From IMG/VR virus record IMGVR_UViG_3300042450_000301, positions 1 through 49,762 of that record: a stretch of DNA of 49,762 bases; one strand, given 5' to 3'. Made by a program: the position numbers and the translations under genes. A model generated the notes under the pieces. That model had not been told where the DNA came from. It saw nothing but the letters and a program-made list of their open reading frames with translations, and searched no databases. This stretch comes from a virus. Taxonomy: Duplodnaviria; Caudoviricetes. Below, piece after piece: positions 15,891-26,311 of this stretch; position 1 is the stretch's first letter; every line of letters starts with the position of its first letter.

Positions 15891-16113
15891 GGCTGTTAAT
15901 GCTGGGGGCGGAAGCATTGCTCTAACGGATTTGAAATGTACTAGTATTCAGAACACTTTTATTGCTTATACCTATATCAGCAATGGTAAGTCTTTGATGG
16001 GGTGCTGGACATCGGAAAGCAACCGGATATTTATACAATGGAACGACGGCGATCTTCGGTCATATCCAATCGATATGTTCCGTCAGCCAGTAAGTAAAAA
16101 GAACTACATGTGA
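15823..16113 (+). CDS. secreted protein with two Cys
   Basis: Signal peptide MKRLLLAALLTLSLNVNA; GGSIALT..C..GCW. Confidence 0.75.
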   Translation: MKRLLLAALLTLSLNVNAAVVAEAVNAGGGSIALTDLKCTSIQNTFIAYTYISNGKSLMGCWTSESNRIFIQWNDGDLRSYPIDMFRQPVSKKNYM

Positions 16114-16280
16114 ACGTGTTATTATTTTTCCTTGCATTCTTGATAGCTCTATTTGCGTGGGTTTTAAACACCCATATAGAGCCTTCAGTTTATGCATGTT
16201 CTGAAGTATCAAAAAAAGACCCAATTGAAGTACAAAAGCTTTGCGCCCAGGCTAAAAGGAACCGACCATGGATGAGTTAG
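16110..16280 (+). CDS. 56-aa membrane-anchored protein with two Cys
   Basis: GTGA overlap; N-terminal TM then YACSEV..DPIEVQKLC. Confidence 0.6.
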   Translation: MNVLLFFLAFLIALFAWVLNTHIEPSVYACSEVSKKDPIEVQKLCAQAKRNRPWMS

Positions 16281-16358
16281 AAGAGGCTATACTAGCATTG
16301 AAAGCAGCTGGATGGGCAACACCCATCTACACAATACTAGATAACGGAGTCGTATATT

Positions 16359-16619
16359 TTGAGTACGGACAAAAAGAACATCATCCTTCAGTTCATAGCG
16401 AAGAACCCAGGGGTGACATCGGTTGATATTAAGGTTGGGCTTAGTAGATCCGCTGTTGGCGCTCATGCCAGAGCGTTAATGGATGCGGGTATGATTGTTA
16501 AAGACCAAGATAATGGCTGGCATATAGCCAATGATTTTATAGTAGAAATTGAACCGAAGAAGATTACACCAATCGACATTACCGGTGACTTTATTCGGAA
16601 GATGATTGATGTCAAATGA
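16359..16619 (+). CDS. winged-HTH protein
   Basis: ILQFIAKNPGVT..GLSRSAVGAHARALMDAGMI. Confidence 0.7.
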   Translation: MSTDKKNIILQFIAKNPGVTSVDIKVGLSRSAVGAHARALMDAGMIVKDQDNGWHIANDFIVEIEPKKITPIDITGDFIRKMIDVK

Positions 16620-16911
16620 TCAACGCAAATATTTTTCAAGTCTTGCAGACCTCGGCTGCATACTTTGCAGGCATCTCAACTACGGACCTACACCTGCAGA
16701 GATACATCACATACGGCGGTTTGGAGGCAAGCGATCTAACTGTAAGGTTATTCCTCTCTGCACAGAACATCACCGAGGCGATACCGGTGTTCACGGCCTT
16801 GGACATAAAGGATTTGACAAACACTATGGTATTACCGAAATGGAATTATGGGCCGAATCGGAGCAAGTATTACACGAGAAGAATGAGGCTGGTCGACTCT
16901 TTAAGAAGTGA
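16609..16911 (+). CDS. Ref/DUF968-like HNH-type nuclease
   Basis: LGCILC..AEIHHIR..IPLCTEHH..GVH. Confidence 0.8.
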   Translation: MSNDQRKYFSSLADLGCILCRHLNYGPTPAEIHHIRRFGGKRSNCKVIPLCTEHHRGDTGVHGLGHKGFDKHYGITEMELWAESEQVLHEKNEAGRLFKK

Positions 16912-16993
16912 GAGGGGAAGCGAAGAAGTAATGTACGTACTTAATGTTTAAAGGTGTTAGGACTTTTCCTGTCCACCTCTCAAAATAAGTTTA

Positions 16994-17341
16994 CTACAAC
17001 TCTAAAGGATCAAATCCCAATTCATCGGATATAACCTTTGTACGCCGTCTAAACTCAGCATCGTGGTGAGACCAGCGATTAGTTTTATGCCTACTCATGT
17101 GGACGGCTTCGTGGCATAAGACCCGAATAACTGTTGCTAAATGACCACATTTTTGAGATGAAATTGTAATGACGTGTTCAAAATCACCGCCATCATCGTA
17201 CAAATAAGTACCCATTACCTCTGGGTCTTGATCCACTATAAATTGAACTTCTTCAGGCAAGGGCATTGACCAGCGATCAAAAGGCTTCATGCAATAAATT
17301 GCACAATATAAGTTCTTTAAGATTGCTGACGTTAGTTTCAT
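16994..17341 (-). CDS. SprT-like zinc metalloprotease domain protein
   Basis: LCHEAVH (HExxH) and HHDAEF. Confidence 0.75.
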   Translation of the reverse strand: MKLTSAILKNLYCAIYCMKPFDRWSMPLPEEVQFIVDQDPEVMGTYLYDDGGDFEHVITISSQKCGHLATVIRVLCHEAVHMSRHKTNRWSHHDAEFRRRTKVISDELGFDPLEL

Positions 17342-18300
17342 ACCTTGTTAATGCATCCCCGAAATTCAAAAGAATCTTCTCCGCATACCTGGATTAGCTC
17401 AGGCAGCATTAGTCTGCCCTCCTCAAATGATAACAGAGCAAAGCCCTCTCTCCAGTCTTTAGGGTTGTCCTCGGTATAGGCCATGAACTGTTCCCCATGA
17501 ATGTTCGCTAGGCAGCCCGTTTGGACGCCATAGCGGGTTCCGTTGTAGTCGGTGAAGGGTTGAACAGCCAAATTGTGTGTGTGGCCTGTAATCATGTTAC
17601 AGCCCGAATTAACGGTATTGGCACGACCTGCCCCAAATCCACCCTTCCAGCGGTGTTTAATACAGGTATCTTCATTGACAAAATATGACCAGCATGGTTT
17701 CCACATAGGAAAGTGGTCTTTAAGGGTAAACCCTGCTACTCCCTCATAGGTACCCATCTGGGCTGATAGGAAGGTCTCAAAGCGGGCATCGTGGTTTCCA
17801 AGGGTCCAGATAAGCTCTGCCCCTACCGCAGCCTTCTCAATGCCTGCCATCATCTCCTGACAGGCTTCTAGTTCTTCTTTGACTGTTGGGGTCTTCTCCC
17901 AGCCGATACGAGCATGGCGGCTTGCTTGTGAGCCGTCAAACATATCTCCATTTGCCACTACGACTTTAGGGCGGAACTCTTTAATCATTAAAAGCAGCGC
18001 TTTATAAGATGTACTGACATCATCAGGCCAGAAGTGAGCGTCTGAAAATACTATTACTCGACCTTTTTCCATGGTGGTACCACGTCTTGCATGACCTGGG
18101 GTTTGTTGTAGCTTTGTAAGACTATTTCTCCTGGCATCGTTATGCGTGGGCAATTCCATGCCGCGCCTTACTTCAACGGTTCGTCGCCGGTTATATACAG
18201 ACCGCACAGACAGCTTATGTTTTTCTGCAAATTTCTGGGGACTGCCCAGCTTTATCCATTCTTCAATGAACTGATCATCAGTTAAATAATAGCTAGACAT
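17338..18300 (-). CDS. calcineurin-like metallophosphoesterase with N-terminal HTH-like segment
   Basis: SDAH, NGDMFD, GNHD, GHTH motifs; GAGGA RBS. Confidence 0.88.
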   Translation of the reverse strand: MSSYYLTDDQFIEEWIKLGSPQKFAEKHKLSVRSVYNRRRTVEVRRGMELPTHNDARRNSLTKLQQTPGHARRGTTMEKGRVIVFSDAHFWPDDVSTSYKALLLMIKEFRPKVVVANGDMFDGSQASRHARIGWEKTPTVKEELEACQEMMAGIEKAAVGAELIWTLGNHDARFETFLSAQMGTYEGVAGFTLKDHFPMWKPCWSYFVNEDTCIKHRWKGGFGAGRANTVNSGCNMITGHTHNLAVQPFTDYNGTRYGVQTGCLANIHGEQFMAYTEDNPKDWREGFALLSFEEGRLMLPELIQVCGEDSFEFRGCINKV

Positions 18301-18384
18301 AATTTCCTCTCTTATGGTTACAGAGTTTTTACCACAAGTATTTTAAGAATGCATTACATTTATATGATTTATAAGGGAATATCC

Positions 18385-21300
18385 CTATTTTACAGCGCGT
18401 TCATACTCCTGATTGAACTGCTGCATTTTTCTTTTCTTAATTTCTTCAATACGTTTAATCTGATCTTTAGGCGCATCCTTTTCAACAAGGTCACGTTTCT
18501 TTTTATTTAATGCAGAGATCTCATTTTCAACTGTATTCGCTCTTCTCCATAGTCTGGCTTCAGGGTTTTCCCTTAGTATTTCCGAATAGCTTTCTTTGCG
18601 TTCAATTCTGCCTTTAATTTCTCTTTCAAATTGAGAGAGCTTAGTGACATTGTCATAGAATGTTCCAGCCTGAGCAGCCTGGCTAGCGGCATCACCATAA
18701 AATCTACCAAGCAATGGAATCTTATAAGGAGGAAGCTCTTCGCCAGTTCCTAAAGACCTTAAGCTCTGATCAATCTTCATTAATTCACGGCCAACACCAC
18801 CAGTTACCTGGCCAATAACATAGTCAATTTGATCTGGGGTAGGACTAAATGCGCCTTTGCGATCTTCATTACCACCAGTCATAAAGTTTAAAAGCCTAGA
18901 CACTTCTTTAGAGAAGAAAGAGGCGGTATCTTTGGCTCTAGTATGACCTGGACTTGGGGATGTTTCTCTATCCAGCTTAGCAATTGGACGCCCAAATGAA
19001 TCTCGGTTTTCTTTTAACGCAATAATAGGGTCGGCAAATGTTGGAGATATTAATTGAGCAATACTTTCAGATCCACCCAATGGGTTAAAAGAATCTAATA
19101 TTGAAAATAACAAATGGGTTAATTTTTTACCAGCATTTTTTCCACCTCCAAGCATAATCTCTGTTATGGTTCTACCAAAGTTAGGCAAAATGTTTAAGCC
19201 TAAAGGCATTGGAGATGATATAAATTTTTTGTCTGTTCCTGGAATGGGAATAATTAAGTTCTTATCACGTACAAATGGGGGAGGCTGCTCATCATCAAAG
19301 CCAGCCATAGCTAAAGCTAAAGCTTGAATAACACCAATAGAAATTCCTCCAATAACAATTTTCTTGCCTGCTGGCCCACGCAATGTTTCTAATGTGCGAG
19401 CAGTTCCTTGTACAGACGAGTTAAAGAAAGCATACAAAGCAGATGCTTCTTGTGTCCATGCTCCGCGCTTATTAAAGTTAACCGAAATAGTTTTTGCCAA
19501 CAAAGCAGCATCATCTTTACTAAAACCATTTTCAATTGCAACTTGGTATACCGCTAAGCGAACAGCATTCTCCATTGCATCATTAACATCAGAGAACATT
19601 TCTAATGTATACATCAGCCCTTTTTTAGCGGGGCCAGCTTCCATTTTTGCTAATGTTTCTTCAATGATTTTATGTGTTTCACGTTCTTGTTGATAAGAAT
19701 CTCGAAATCCAGTTTGGCCTCCGTAAGCTTGCATTTCAACAAACTGTTTGCCAACCTCACCAGTAACCTCTTCTCCTTTTGTTTCGGCTCTTAATGCTCC
19801 GTAAACACCTGGAAGATTTTTTACCGATCGCTTCATTACTGCTGCCTGTTTACCCGCTAATGGAGTAGAACTTAAGTTAATTGCAGATCCTTGAATATCT
19901 CGATACATGTTTAACACACCAAACAAAGGATTGTATTGGGTATTAACAGCAGCAAACCATCTGGTAAATTTTGCAAAGAAACTAAACGCCGCATGGATAT
20001 CACGTAAATCCATATTCTTTAAAGACAGCGCCATGCGTTTTGCTTGTTCTTTATTGGGGTTTAAGATAATAAATCTTTGCTTTCCTTCAATGCGAAGCGG
20101 TAATGCATAGTTGCTGTCACGCAACGATGTCTTTAAACGCTGCCCAACAATTCCCGTCTTAGGATCAATGTAGGACTCCATTGGTTCGCGCAAGATATTA
20201 TCTACATCTGTTGGGCTAATGCCCATCTTAGAAAGTTCAAGCTTGGCTGCTTTAGTACTCTTTACGGCATCAGGATTAATTGGCATCCAAAAATCTGGAT
20301 CTGGATTTTGAAGAGCCAATCCATACAAAGATTGTAAAACCAAGTTCTTTTCACCGCGCCCAACAGCTCTCTCATATTGAGAAATGATATTGCTGAATAT
20401 GTCTTGCACTGGCTTCTTAGAACCAAGTCCTTTACGAGCAAATGCGCCGCGAATAGAGAATCCCTGGCCTGTACCTTTAGCCCCAGTTTCTACAAAGTCT
20501 AATTCATCACGATGTAATGGAACGTAATTAGGGAAACGTTTATTCCATCCATCAATCTTTTCTTGAGGCTCTTGTCCTGTCTCAACCAAAACCTTTTGAG
20601 TTTTCTTGACCATGGCATCAAGACCTTTGGCAGCCTCTTCTAGCTTGGCCTTCTTGTCTTTAGGCAGGTCTTTCATGTACTGCTTAGCAACCGCTGTTTC
20701 AACGCTGGAACCAGCATCTGGCATGGATGGGTTGATCTCTGCAATGCTTTCGTTATAGGCTGGAGCATGGCGCATCAAGAGATACTCTTGTATTTCCTCC
20801 ATAGTCAAGCCAAGAGCTTGAATCTTTTCTACAGACTTTTGGGCGTCATATCGTAAAAACTTTTTCAATGCATCAGCAGCTCTGCCATGATACAAAATTT
20901 CACGCTTATAAGGATCCCATTTTGTTTCTATATCCCCTACTTGTTTTTTAATGGCTTGAACAACACGCTTAGTGTCAATCAAACGATCTTGTATTTTGTA
21001 AATAAAATCATCACCAAGGTAACTGTTATCTGCTTCTTGCGCCCAGGTAGCTAAAGGAGCAGGATTGCCTTTGTAGTTCTTTCTTTTGGGAGGCTCTATG
21101 TTTTCAAAAGCACGGCTCTCATATAGCATAGCGCTGTTAAGAAACTTACCGTCAGAAGCAAGAATACTTTTTAAACCTTGAAGTACTGCATTGTTATTTG
21201 CCAAACCAAGCTTTGACTTAGCAAACTCTAAGAACTCTTTAAGCCATTGCTTTAGTCTACCCAATACTTTGTTAGTAGCTTCATAACGGCCATCTAAAAT

Positions 21301-24300
21301 ATTGGTTGCGTTAACAGCCCAGTACTCTGATGGGTTAACGTACTGATAAGCATCATAATCAACACTACCATTTTGTAATAACTCTTTAGCTTTCTTTAGC
21401 GCCTTAACATCACCTTCTAAGTGATAGTCAAGTAATGATTTAAAGTATTCTTTAAGCTTTTCATCAGAGTTTTTATCAGCGGCTTTTGCTGCTTTAGTCA
21501 GTTTTGTTAACCAAGACTCACGAATAGCCTCTTGAATATCCGTAGGCATCATACGTTCTGTATGGTGCAGTATTTCATGGACCGCTGTGGTTGGGTTGCC
21601 AGATCCCTTAAATAAGGTAATGATACGGCTTAAGTCTGCATAGGTACCAGATACACCAATGTTCTCGCCTTGCGCTTTAATTGATATGCCAAGGTCATCA
21701 GCTAGGTCTGGATTCTTTCTTAAAAACCATTCAGCAAAATCAGCGGCATATGGGTCTAATTTTTTGCGAGCAACTTCTTGACGAATTCTAGAAAGTATTT
21801 GGTCCATGCCGCGTACTCTTGGCTTAAACTCTCGTTCTTTCTTGGTCAACCTTAAGGCATCTTTAGATAGACTTGCATATTGTTCTGGAGTAATTTTGTT
21901 GGCATCTAATAACTTGCTAAGACGATTCATTTCTATGCGCAATGATGGGGCGCGAGTTGCTTCTTCACCAGCATAAGAATTTCTAGATGTTAAGCGTTCA
22001 AAATTTTCAGTAATGTTATCGCTTTCAGGATTAAATTCTCCTGTGTTTCCAATAGCAGATTTAATTTGTGTTGGATCAAATGCAACCCAGTCATCTCTAT
22101 CAACATTGCCGTCAGTCATGCTATTTCTAACTACAATTCCATCGTAACCATCGGCAATTAAAGAGTTTTTAAATTCATCTATAGACTTAAAAGAATCTTT
22201 ATCATCTTGAAACTCTTCATAACTATCATATTCTTGTGGATTTTTAATAGACAAATGAACGGGCATTGTATTCTCGCCCTCTTTTCCTTCTGCAAAAGAT
22301 ACAGCATTTTCTGCATTTCCGGGTTCATATTCTTTTCCATAAAGCGATGGCGCTGTAAACCAAGATCCTAGTTGACCTGCATAGTTTATATTTTTTGATC
22401 TTGTGCTAGCCTCTTTACCAACATCAAATTCATTAAAGTCTGCAGCCGTTGTATGAAAAGCAACAATTGGTTGGCTATTTTTGTCTACAACTTTACTATC
22501 ACCAAACCAATTTTTAAATTTAGGGTCAGCATAATAACTACGCTGTTGATTGGCTTGCTCACTAAACTCTCTTGGTTCTGGTATGTTTTTTCTTGCAAAA
22601 AAATCTTGCACTAACTTTTCTTGCGCAAGTATTAAATCACGCTCTGAAATGGTTGGTTGTGGAACATTCATTTCTGCTTGCTTTTGGAAGGCATCCATAG
22701 CAACGCGATCAATCATATTTTTATCAGTTAGAGCATTTGCAATGTTTTTAAACTCAGGATGCTCTTTTAATAATCGTACTGCTTCTGTTCGAACCGCATT
22801 AAAACGATTGTTATAAGCGTTTCTTGCTTCATCTATACGCTGTTGTGACTGTTGAAATTGCTTGGTTTGAGATAGCTCTTGATAAGCATCTCTCTGCATT
22901 TTATAAATTTCATCCGCAGTAACGTATTTGTTTGCACCAGGCCGCTCAATATTCTCAAATGTTTGTACTGGCTTAGCAGCTTCTGGGGCAACAATCGTAG
23001 CCTCAGGAGCAACAGTTTCTGGCATAGTAAATGGGGCCGCGCTGATAGGCTCGGTCTTAATGCGGTTTACTTCAGCCATCATCTCATCAGTTTTAAATGA
23101 TTCTGATGGAGCAGCTTCTGGCGTAATAGGGGCGGCTGCAACTGGAGCAGCAGGGGTAACTACTCCAGGAGCCGTTGGGGTAATAGCCTTAGGAACGTTC
23201 TGGCTACGATATGTGGATACTGCCTCACCTGGGGCGCTAAAGATCTCTCCTGCAGCCTCAGAAAGGACCTCTCCTGGGTCAATAGGCTTACCTATTGCCA
23301 CAGAGCTTACAGCCTCTCCAGCGGCTCCTAATCCAGCCTGTTTGCCTGTCTCTTTGCCAACGATCTTAGCGGTCTCTTTAAAGGCTCCTTTGCTGATGTT
23401 TCTCATTACATCTTCGGCGGCTGATCCAGCTAGCTTAAATGAGGCTGCATCAAACATGCCGATAACACCAGACTTAACACCGGCCTTTTCCCAAGCTTCC
23501 TTGTGTGGCATATTTTCTGAACGAAGCTGGGCGTACTGGTTACCAAACTCCATCATAGCCGAGGTTGTACCACCAGCAGCGGCTGCGGCAGTAGGACTTA
23601 ATAATCCAACCCTTATAGCAATAGCGGTGGCGGCAACGCTTAAGCTTTGTGGCAGGCTTTGTAAACCCAAGTCAGTAATAATTCCTACTGGATCTTGAAT
23701 AAACTTTTCGCCAACCATCTGAGCTTGAGTTAAAAATGGAGCGGCCTGGTATTCAGGAGTCTGCATAATATTTTTAAATGCTTTAGTGGTTTCGCGAACT
23801 CCTGTAGTTCTTTCCACTTCTCTAATTTTCATAGAGGATTGGGCAACTTGGCCCATCATTCTTTCAATAGCCTTACCAGTAGCAATATAATCTTTTTTTA
23901 CATCTGCTGGCATCGCTTCTAAGTTATCGCCGTACTTGGATTTACGGGTTTCTTGAATCTCCATTAATCCAGCAAGCTTTAGATTGTCTGCGGCAATACC
24001 AGTATTGATGGCACCAATTCTAAGGTCAGCACCAAGGATATCGGCCTGGTCTTTTATATAATTCTTAGCATCGGCAAACATGCCAGTTTCTTTGGGCGCT
24101 GCTTGAACGGATGGAATTCCAGATAAGTATTTATCAGGATCAAATCCAGTTGGTGCAGCTCCAGGAGCGGCAGGCGACAACGATACACCTTTGAGGTATG
24201 CATCTGGATCAAACCCACTAACTGTTGCCTTGGTTTCTGCAGGCGCTGGCGTTACTTCTTCTTCAGTTGTTGTGGGTTTTGATCCTTTGAGGTACTCATC

Positions 24301-24315
24301 TGGATCAAACGCCAT
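18385..24315 (-). CDS. Large polyvalent (ejected) protein: ART-PolyVal-like, HExxH and LPD38-like domains
   Basis: FKNWFGDSKVVD..FHTT..GYDGIV..FDPTQIKSAIGNTG; AVHEILHH; VNFNKRG..YAFFN C-terminal module. Confidence 0.8.
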   Translation of the reverse strand: MAFDPDEYLKGSKPTTTEEEVTPAPAETKATVSGFDPDAYLKGVSLSPAAPGAAPTGFDPDKYLSGIPSVQAAPKETGMFADAKNYIKDQADILGADLRIGAINTGIAADNLKLAGLMEIQETRKSKYGDNLEAMPADVKKDYIATGKAIERMMGQVAQSSMKIREVERTTGVRETTKAFKNIMQTPEYQAAPFLTQAQMVGEKFIQDPVGIITDLGLQSLPQSLSVAATAIAIRVGLLSPTAAAAAGGTTSAMMEFGNQYAQLRSENMPHKEAWEKAGVKSGVIGMFDAASFKLAGSAAEDVMRNISKGAFKETAKIVGKETGKQAGLGAAGEAVSSVAIGKPIDPGEVLSEAAGEIFSAPGEAVSTYRSQNVPKAITPTAPGVVTPAAPVAAAPITPEAAPSESFKTDEMMAEVNRIKTEPISAAPFTMPETVAPEATIVAPEAAKPVQTFENIERPGANKYVTADEIYKMQRDAYQELSQTKQFQQSQQRIDEARNAYNNRFNAVRTEAVRLLKEHPEFKNIANALTDKNMIDRVAMDAFQKQAEMNVPQPTISERDLILAQEKLVQDFFARKNIPEPREFSEQANQQRSYYADPKFKNWFGDSKVVDKNSQPIVAFHTTAADFNEFDVGKEASTRSKNINYAGQLGSWFTAPSLYGKEYEPGNAENAVSFAEGKEGENTMPVHLSIKNPQEYDSYEEFQDDKDSFKSIDEFKNSLIADGYDGIVVRNSMTDGNVDRDDWVAFDPTQIKSAIGNTGEFNPESDNITENFERLTSRNSYAGEEATRAPSLRIEMNRLSKLLDANKITPEQYASLSKDALRLTKKEREFKPRVRGMDQILSRIRQEVARKKLDPYAADFAEWFLRKNPDLADDLGISIKAQGENIGVSGTYADLSRIITLFKGSGNPTTAVHEILHHTERMMPTDIQEAIRESWLTKLTKAAKAADKNSDEKLKEYFKSLLDYHLEGDVKALKKAKELLQNGSVDYDAYQYVNPSEYWAVNATNILDGRYEATNKVLGRLKQWLKEFLEFAKSKLGLANNNAVLQGLKSILASDGKFLNSAMLYESRAFENIEPPKRKNYKGNPAPLATWAQEADNSYLGDDFIYKIQDRLIDTKRVVQAIKKQVGDIETKWDPYKREILYHGRAADALKKFLRYDAQKSVEKIQALGLTMEEIQEYLLMRHAPAYNESIAEINPSMPDAGSSVETAVAKQYMKDLPKDKKAKLEEAAKGLDAMVKKTQKVLVETGQEPQEKIDGWNKRFPNYVPLHRDELDFVETGAKGTGQGFSIRGAFARKGLGSKKPVQDIFSNIISQYERAVGRGEKNLVLQSLYGLALQNPDPDFWMPINPDAVKSTKAAKLELSKMGISPTDVDNILREPMESYIDPKTGIVGQRLKTSLRDSNYALPLRIEGKQRFIILNPNKEQAKRMALSLKNMDLRDIHAAFSFFAKFTRWFAAVNTQYNPLFGVLNMYRDIQGSAINLSSTPLAGKQAAVMKRSVKNLPGVYGALRAETKGEEVTGEVGKQFVEMQAYGGQTGFRDSYQQERETHKIIEETLAKMEAGPAKKGLMYTLEMFSDVNDAMENAVRLAVYQVAIENGFSKDDAALLAKTISVNFNKRGAWTQEASALYAFFNSSVQGTARTLETLRGPAGKKIVIGGISIGVIQALALAMAGFDDEQPPPFVRDKNLIIPIPGTDKKFISSPMPLGLNILPNFGRTITEIMLGGGKNAGKKLTHLLFSILDSFNPLGGSESIAQLISPTFADPIIALKENRDSFGRPIAKLDRETSPSPGHTRAKDTASFFSKEVSRLLNFMTGGNEDRKGAFSPTPDQIDYVIGQVTGGVGRELMKIDQSLRSLGTGEELPPYKIPLLGRFYGDAASQAAQAGTFYDNVTKLSQFEREIKGRIERKESYSEILRENPEARLWRRANTVENEISALNKKKRDLVEKDAPKDQIKRIEEIKKRKMQQFNQEYERAVK

Positions 24316-26309
24316 TACTTGAATCTCTCTTTAATTTGGTTAGAGCGTGGATCAAGCGGATTTGCATTCGCCCATTCTAACGCTTTTTTGTCCTCATCGG
24401 AATACTTTGTTGTATATGGTAACGATTGATAAAAAGCACTTGGAAGTTTAACTGATTCAGTTGGGTATGGGATTGCTTTTTGATCCATGGTATACCCTGG
24501 TACTTTAGCCATAGCAAGCGCATTGTTTTGCAAGCGCTGAAGTTCTCTCATATGCCATTCATACTGAGGAGTTCCTGGTTCAAGGTCTTTCTTAATCTTT
24601 TCTCTTAAACCAAGAACAACAGGGTCTTGGTTAAATCTTGCCAACGCTGTTTCACGAGCATCATTAGCTTCTCTAGCAGCGGTAGAGCGAGAAAGATCTT
24701 CACGTTTAGCAGTTCTTTCTTGACCTTCAGTCGTACGTTTATAGGCCTGCTCTTCAACAAGATTCTTAGCTGCCAATGCTCTTTCATCGATACCAGATTG
24801 ACGAATATCATTAAGGATCTTATTAGCAATAGCAGAACCTTCAGACTTCTTGGAGGCTGCAAGTTCAGCGGCGCGTTGCTTAGCAAGGGTAGCGTAGGCA
24901 TTAACACCAGCAGAGGCGCCTTGACCAATGTTCTGGAATGCATATGGAGAAGATCCGCCCATCATTCCAAAGCCAGCTTGCATTAAAGCAAGGTAAGCAT
25001 CTTGTTTTTTATTAGACCTAAGCTCTGCTTGATCTTCACGTTGTTGACGAATGAATTCATCAAACGCGTTTAATGGGGCAACCTTTTCCCGTGTTAATCC
25101 CATTGGAGCATAACCTTCAAAGTCTCCCATGTCCTGGCCAGCATTATAGTCAGCTATTGAGAATGTCTGAGGCCTAACAACAGCAGGTTCATAACCCTGT
25201 CCATCTTCGTATTCATTAGAAGCATAATAATCGTCTAATGAAATTCCGCCTTTAGCAAGCTTAGTAATACCACCTTCAGCACGTTTAACATAACCCTGTG
25301 TTTCCATTGATAAAGATTCAATACCTTTACCACGCTTTATCATGTCTCTTACGCGGCCTGGACCAGCATTGTAAGCAGCCATAGCCATTACAGGATCACC
25401 GCCAAACATATCTAACATCTTTGCGTAGTAACGAACACCACCGCGAGTATTAGCCTCTGGATCATTGATATCTACACCTAGTTCTTTGGCTGTGCCAGGC
25501 ATCAATTGCATAGGACCACGGGCGCCAGCTTTAGATACTGCTGTAGCTGGATCCTTTAGATTGCCAGTTTCTTTGTGCAACATATGAAGGATTTCACTAG
25601 GGTTAACACCTAGTTTTTTAGCCTCATCTAATGCAACCGATGCATATGGATGGGTACTTTTTGCACTTTCATAATTAGGGGCAACTTTAGATTTAGCTGC
25701 CGTAAAAGATTCAGGTAATGCTGCGCGAATACCAGATACGGTTTCTCTCATGCTAGTAGGAATTCCAGATACAGCATCTTTAATTGATCCAGGGATAGCA
25801 CGAGCTGCTCCAGCAACGCGGCCTTTAAGGCTTGCAATAGCCTCATCAATACCGCTATTAATTCTTCCTTGTTCTGCGTTCTCTAAATAGTCTTGATAGC
25901 CTTCATCATCTTCACCCATATCTGGCATACTACTGCCGCCAGCAGCAAACGCAACAATACCGCCAGAAGCCATACCTTGTGGCATACCTGAAGGTAACTG
26001 GGTTACACCAGGCTGGTTCTCAGGTAACTGTTGAGCTTGTTGCATAGCTTGCAACATACGAGGATCAACTTGTTGAGGAGGCATCTGTGGCATTTGTTGT
26101 GGTGCCATTGGTTGTGGCGCTGCTTGTGCTAACACATCATCAGCAACGGTTCCTGTAGGAGCTGAAGCTGGAGCTTGTAATTGTTGACGGCGCTGAATCT
26201 CAGCTAGAGCTAAGAACTGAGGCACTACGCTATTAGGATTCTTTGCATAGCCAACAAGCGTACCTTGAGGCACATCTTTTAACTGTTCTGATAATTGTGT
26301 AATGTTCAT
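24315..26309 (-). CDS. internal virion (ejection) protein with SLT lytic transglycosylase
   Basis: KETG..AVSKAGARGPMQLMPGTA..AAYNAGPG..ETQGYV. Confidence 0.85.
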   Translation of the reverse strand: MNITQLSEQLKDVPQGTLVGYAKNPNSVVPQFLALAEIQRRQQLQAPASAPTGTVADDVLAQAAPQPMAPQQMPQMPPQQVDPRMLQAMQQAQQLPENQPGVTQLPSGMPQGMASGGIVAFAAGGSSMPDMGEDDEGYQDYLENAEQGRINSGIDEAIASLKGRVAGAARAIPGSIKDAVSGIPTSMRETVSGIRAALPESFTAAKSKVAPNYESAKSTHPYASVALDEAKKLGVNPSEILHMLHKETGNLKDPATAVSKAGARGPMQLMPGTAKELGVDINDPEANTRGGVRYYAKMLDMFGGDPVMAMAAYNAGPGRVRDMIKRGKGIESLSMETQGYVKRAEGGITKLAKGGISLDDYYASNEYEDGQGYEPAVVRPQTFSIADYNAGQDMGDFEGYAPMGLTREKVAPLNAFDEFIRQQREDQAELRSNKKQDAYLALMQAGFGMMGGSSPYAFQNIGQGASAGVNAYATLAKQRAAELAASKKSEGSAIANKILNDIRQSGIDERALAAKNLVEEQAYKRTTEGQERTAKREDLSRSTAAREANDARETALARFNQDPVVLGLREKIKKDLEPGTPQYEWHMRELQRLQNNALAMAKVPGYTMDQKAIPYPTESVKLPSAFYQSLPYTTKYSDEDKKALEWANANPLDPRSNQIKERFK

Positions 26310-26311
26310 AC

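Noticed and set aside
22928-23698. 256-aa plus-strand ORF and similar antisense ORFs (2946-3380, 14058-14504, 38047-38280, 45740-46195)
   Set aside because: Shadows of real genes on the opposite strand
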